Shown here: piece by piece, positions 62,324-64,000 of the stretch
Position numbering within the stretch: the first letter of the stretch is position 1
Layout: each line of letters begins with the position of its first letter
Source: a virus
Lineage: Duplodnaviria > Caudoviricetes
Virus record (IMG/VR): IMGVR_UViG_3300031555_010338
DNA length: 64,000 nucleotides
Reading direction: 5' to 3' (one strand)
The notes under the pieces: generated by a model
Databases searched by the model: none
What the model was told of the DNA's origin: nothing
Seen by the model: the letters and a program-made list of their open reading frames with translations, nothing else
Position numbers and translations under genes: made by a program

Positions 62324-64000
62324 TTACAGAAATCAGAAAACGAGACGGCAGAGTTGAGCCGTTTGATGCTGGCAAGATCGTTAGTGCCATTACAAAAGCA
62401 ATGGTACAGGCCGGCGAGGTTGATGAGGATGTCGCTCTTCGCATTGCAAGCAAGATCGCAAACTCCAACCAGCTCTCCGGTACAGTAGATGTAGAGCAGA
62501 TTCAAGATATGGTTGAAGACGGTCTGATGGGTAGCCGCTGTAAGAAGACAGCAAAGGCTTATATCAAATACCGTGAGAGCCGAAACCAGGAGCGTCAGAA
62601 AAACAACGATCTCAACAAGCAGATCGAGGACATTCTGCTCTGCAACAATGTCCAGAATCAGAATGCCAATGTTGATGAGCATTCTTTTGGCGGAAGAAAG
62701 TTTGAAAGTGCGAATGTGCTGCATAAAAACATCGCTTTGAATGTATTCATTCGCCCTGAGGTAGCACAGGCACACAGAGAGTCCCGCATCTATCTGCATG
62801 ACCTTTCCGAATATGATATCGGATCTCACAACTGTCTTTTTGCAGACCTTCAGCGTCTGCTTAACAATGGTTTTGCTACCAGAAACGGCGATGTCCGCCC
62901 AGCTAACAGCTTCTCTACTGCATGTCAGTTGATTGCTGTTATCTTCCAGATTCAGAGTCAGGTTCAGTATGGTGGCGTTGCTTCTTGTCATCTGGACTAT
63001 GACCTCGCATCCTTTGTCACAAAGACCTTCTTCAAGAAGTATGTTATGGCATTGGTGAAGTCCAGCCAGGATTTCGCGGACACCGATTTCTCCGCTATGA
63101 CAGATGAAGAGATCGACGCATTTATTGATAAGGTTAAGCCAGATGTTCTGGCTAAGGCCGGTTTAACCGAAAAGGACATTCATCTTGACAACAAGAGCAG
63201 CCTTGATAGTGTCATGTACAATCAAGCATACTTTGACATGATGTGTGAGGGTAAGCAGGCCGCACAAAGCCTTTACCACAATCTGAATACTCTGGAGAGT
63301 CGTGCCGGTTCTCAGATTCCATTTACATCCATCAATTTCGGTACGGATACTTCTACCAGTGGTCGCTTGGTGTCTCGCTGGCTCATGTCCGCAAGTCTTG
63401 ATGGCATCGGCCAGTATCATTTGACTCCCATCTTCCCCATCAGTATTTTCAAGTATAAGAAGGGTGTTAATGCTCGTCCTGGCGATCCGAACTACGACAT
63501 CAAGAAGTTGGCGATCAAGTCTCTGTGTAAGCGCATTTATCCCAATATTGTAAATTGCGACTTCTCTCAGAACATCGAAGATCCCAATAATCCCGATACC
63601 GAGATGGCGACAATGGGTTGTCGTACCATGATGGGATACGACAGAAATGGCCTTGGCTATTCCAAGCTTGGCCGTGGTAACGTCTGCCCTACTACTATCA
63701 ACCTGCCGAAGATCGGTATCAAACACGGTATTTGTTTGGGTGAGCGCAGCAAGCCCGATCTGGATGGTTTCTGGAAAGAGCTTGATGAAGTTCTGTACCT
63801 TACAGAAATGTCCTTGGTTGATCGCTTCTACCATGTATGCAAGCAGTCTGTTGCCTCTGCAAAGTTTATGTATGGCAACGGAACTATCGCTGACTTCGAT
63901 CAGGCTTCTTTCAAGGGTATCTATGAGGCTATGAAGCACGGAACCCTGGCTGTTGGCTATATTGGCATTGCGGAAATGTGTCAGGCACTCTTTGGCAAAG
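62320..64000 (+). CDS. nrdD: Anaerobic ribonucleoside-triphosphate reductase (class III), partial
   Basis: Not in the ORF track (no stop in window). ATP-cone IRKRDGRVEPFD; IYLHDL, HNC, SRAGSQIPFTSINFG, PIFPI, MGCRT, GRGN, INLP. Confidence 0.93.
   Translation, partial: MITEIRKRDGRVEPFDAGKIVSAITKAMVQAGEVDEDVALRIASKIANSNQLSGTVDVEQIQDMVEDGLMGSRCKKTAKAYIKYRESRNQERQKNNDLNKQIEDILLCNNVQNQNANVDEHSFGGRKFESANVLHKNIALNVFIRPEVAQAHRESRIYLHDLSEYDIGSHNCLFADLQRLLNNGFATRNGDVRPANSFSTACQLIAVIFQIQSQVQYGGVASCHLDYDLASFVTKTFFKKYVMALVKSSQDFADTDFSAMTDEEIDAFIDKVKPDVLAKAGLTEKDIHLDNKSSLDSVMYNQAYFDMMCEGKQAAQSLYHNLNTLESRAGSQIPFTSINFGTDTSTSGRLVSRWLMSASLDGIGQYHLTPIFPISIFKYKKGVNARPGDPNYDIKKLAIKSLCKRIYPNIVNCDFSQNIEDPNNPDTEMATMGCRTMMGYDRNGLGYSKLGRGNVCPTTINLPKIGIKHGICLGERSKPDLDGFWKELDEVLYLTEMSLVDRFYHVCKQSVASAKFMYGNGTIADFDQASFKGIYEAMKHGTLAVGYIGIAEMCQALFGK

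Noticed and set aside
1-64000. Alternative genetic code (stop-codon reassignment)
   Set aside because: Long conserved genes are intact in code 11, all three stops are used, and no suppressor tRNA was found.

Overview
A 64-kb segment of a large, probably temperate phage (or prophage) of a Bacillota/Clostridia-type host, inferred from AGGAGG Shine-Dalgarno sites, sigma-A consensus promoters, a SleB-like hydrolase, anaerobic NrdD and genetic code 11. No virion structural genes fall in the window. From left to right it contains: a leftward helicase-like gene and tyrosine recombinase; an almost adenine-free 420-nt tract; an early region of about 40 small genes with a phage sigma-like factor, 12 copies of a GGTTAA-N17-GATTAG promoter-like motif, two hammerhead ribozymes, DUF932 and a DarB-like methylase-helicase; an ImmA/XRE switch plus an MrpR-like repressor; an ABC/PspA/NMT1-OmpA operon; a 1.5-kb non-coding RNA cluster directly upstream of a DUF2828 (vWA, putatively Ro60/TROVE-like) gene; a J-domain-kinase/vWA/PurA-like module; a radical SAM/SPASM gene near eight tandem proteins sharing an N-terminal MKxRxDFVTNSSSSS motif; an RNA-repair trio; a DNA-modification cluster rich in poly-G/poly-C tracts; and replication and nucleotide-metabolism genes (ERF, SSB, Cas4-like nuclease, primase-helicase, DnaE, ThyX, dNMP kinase, nucleotidase, NrdD). 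There are two best candidates for an undescribed system. (1) Eight tRNA-like RNAs or anticodon stem-loops each carry the same stem-plus-ACAGCAA tag, in two circularly permuted topologies, next to DUF2828. (2) The FVTNSSSSS protein array lies beside an atypical radical SAM enzyme. All family assignments come from motif recognition by eye; no database searches were run.
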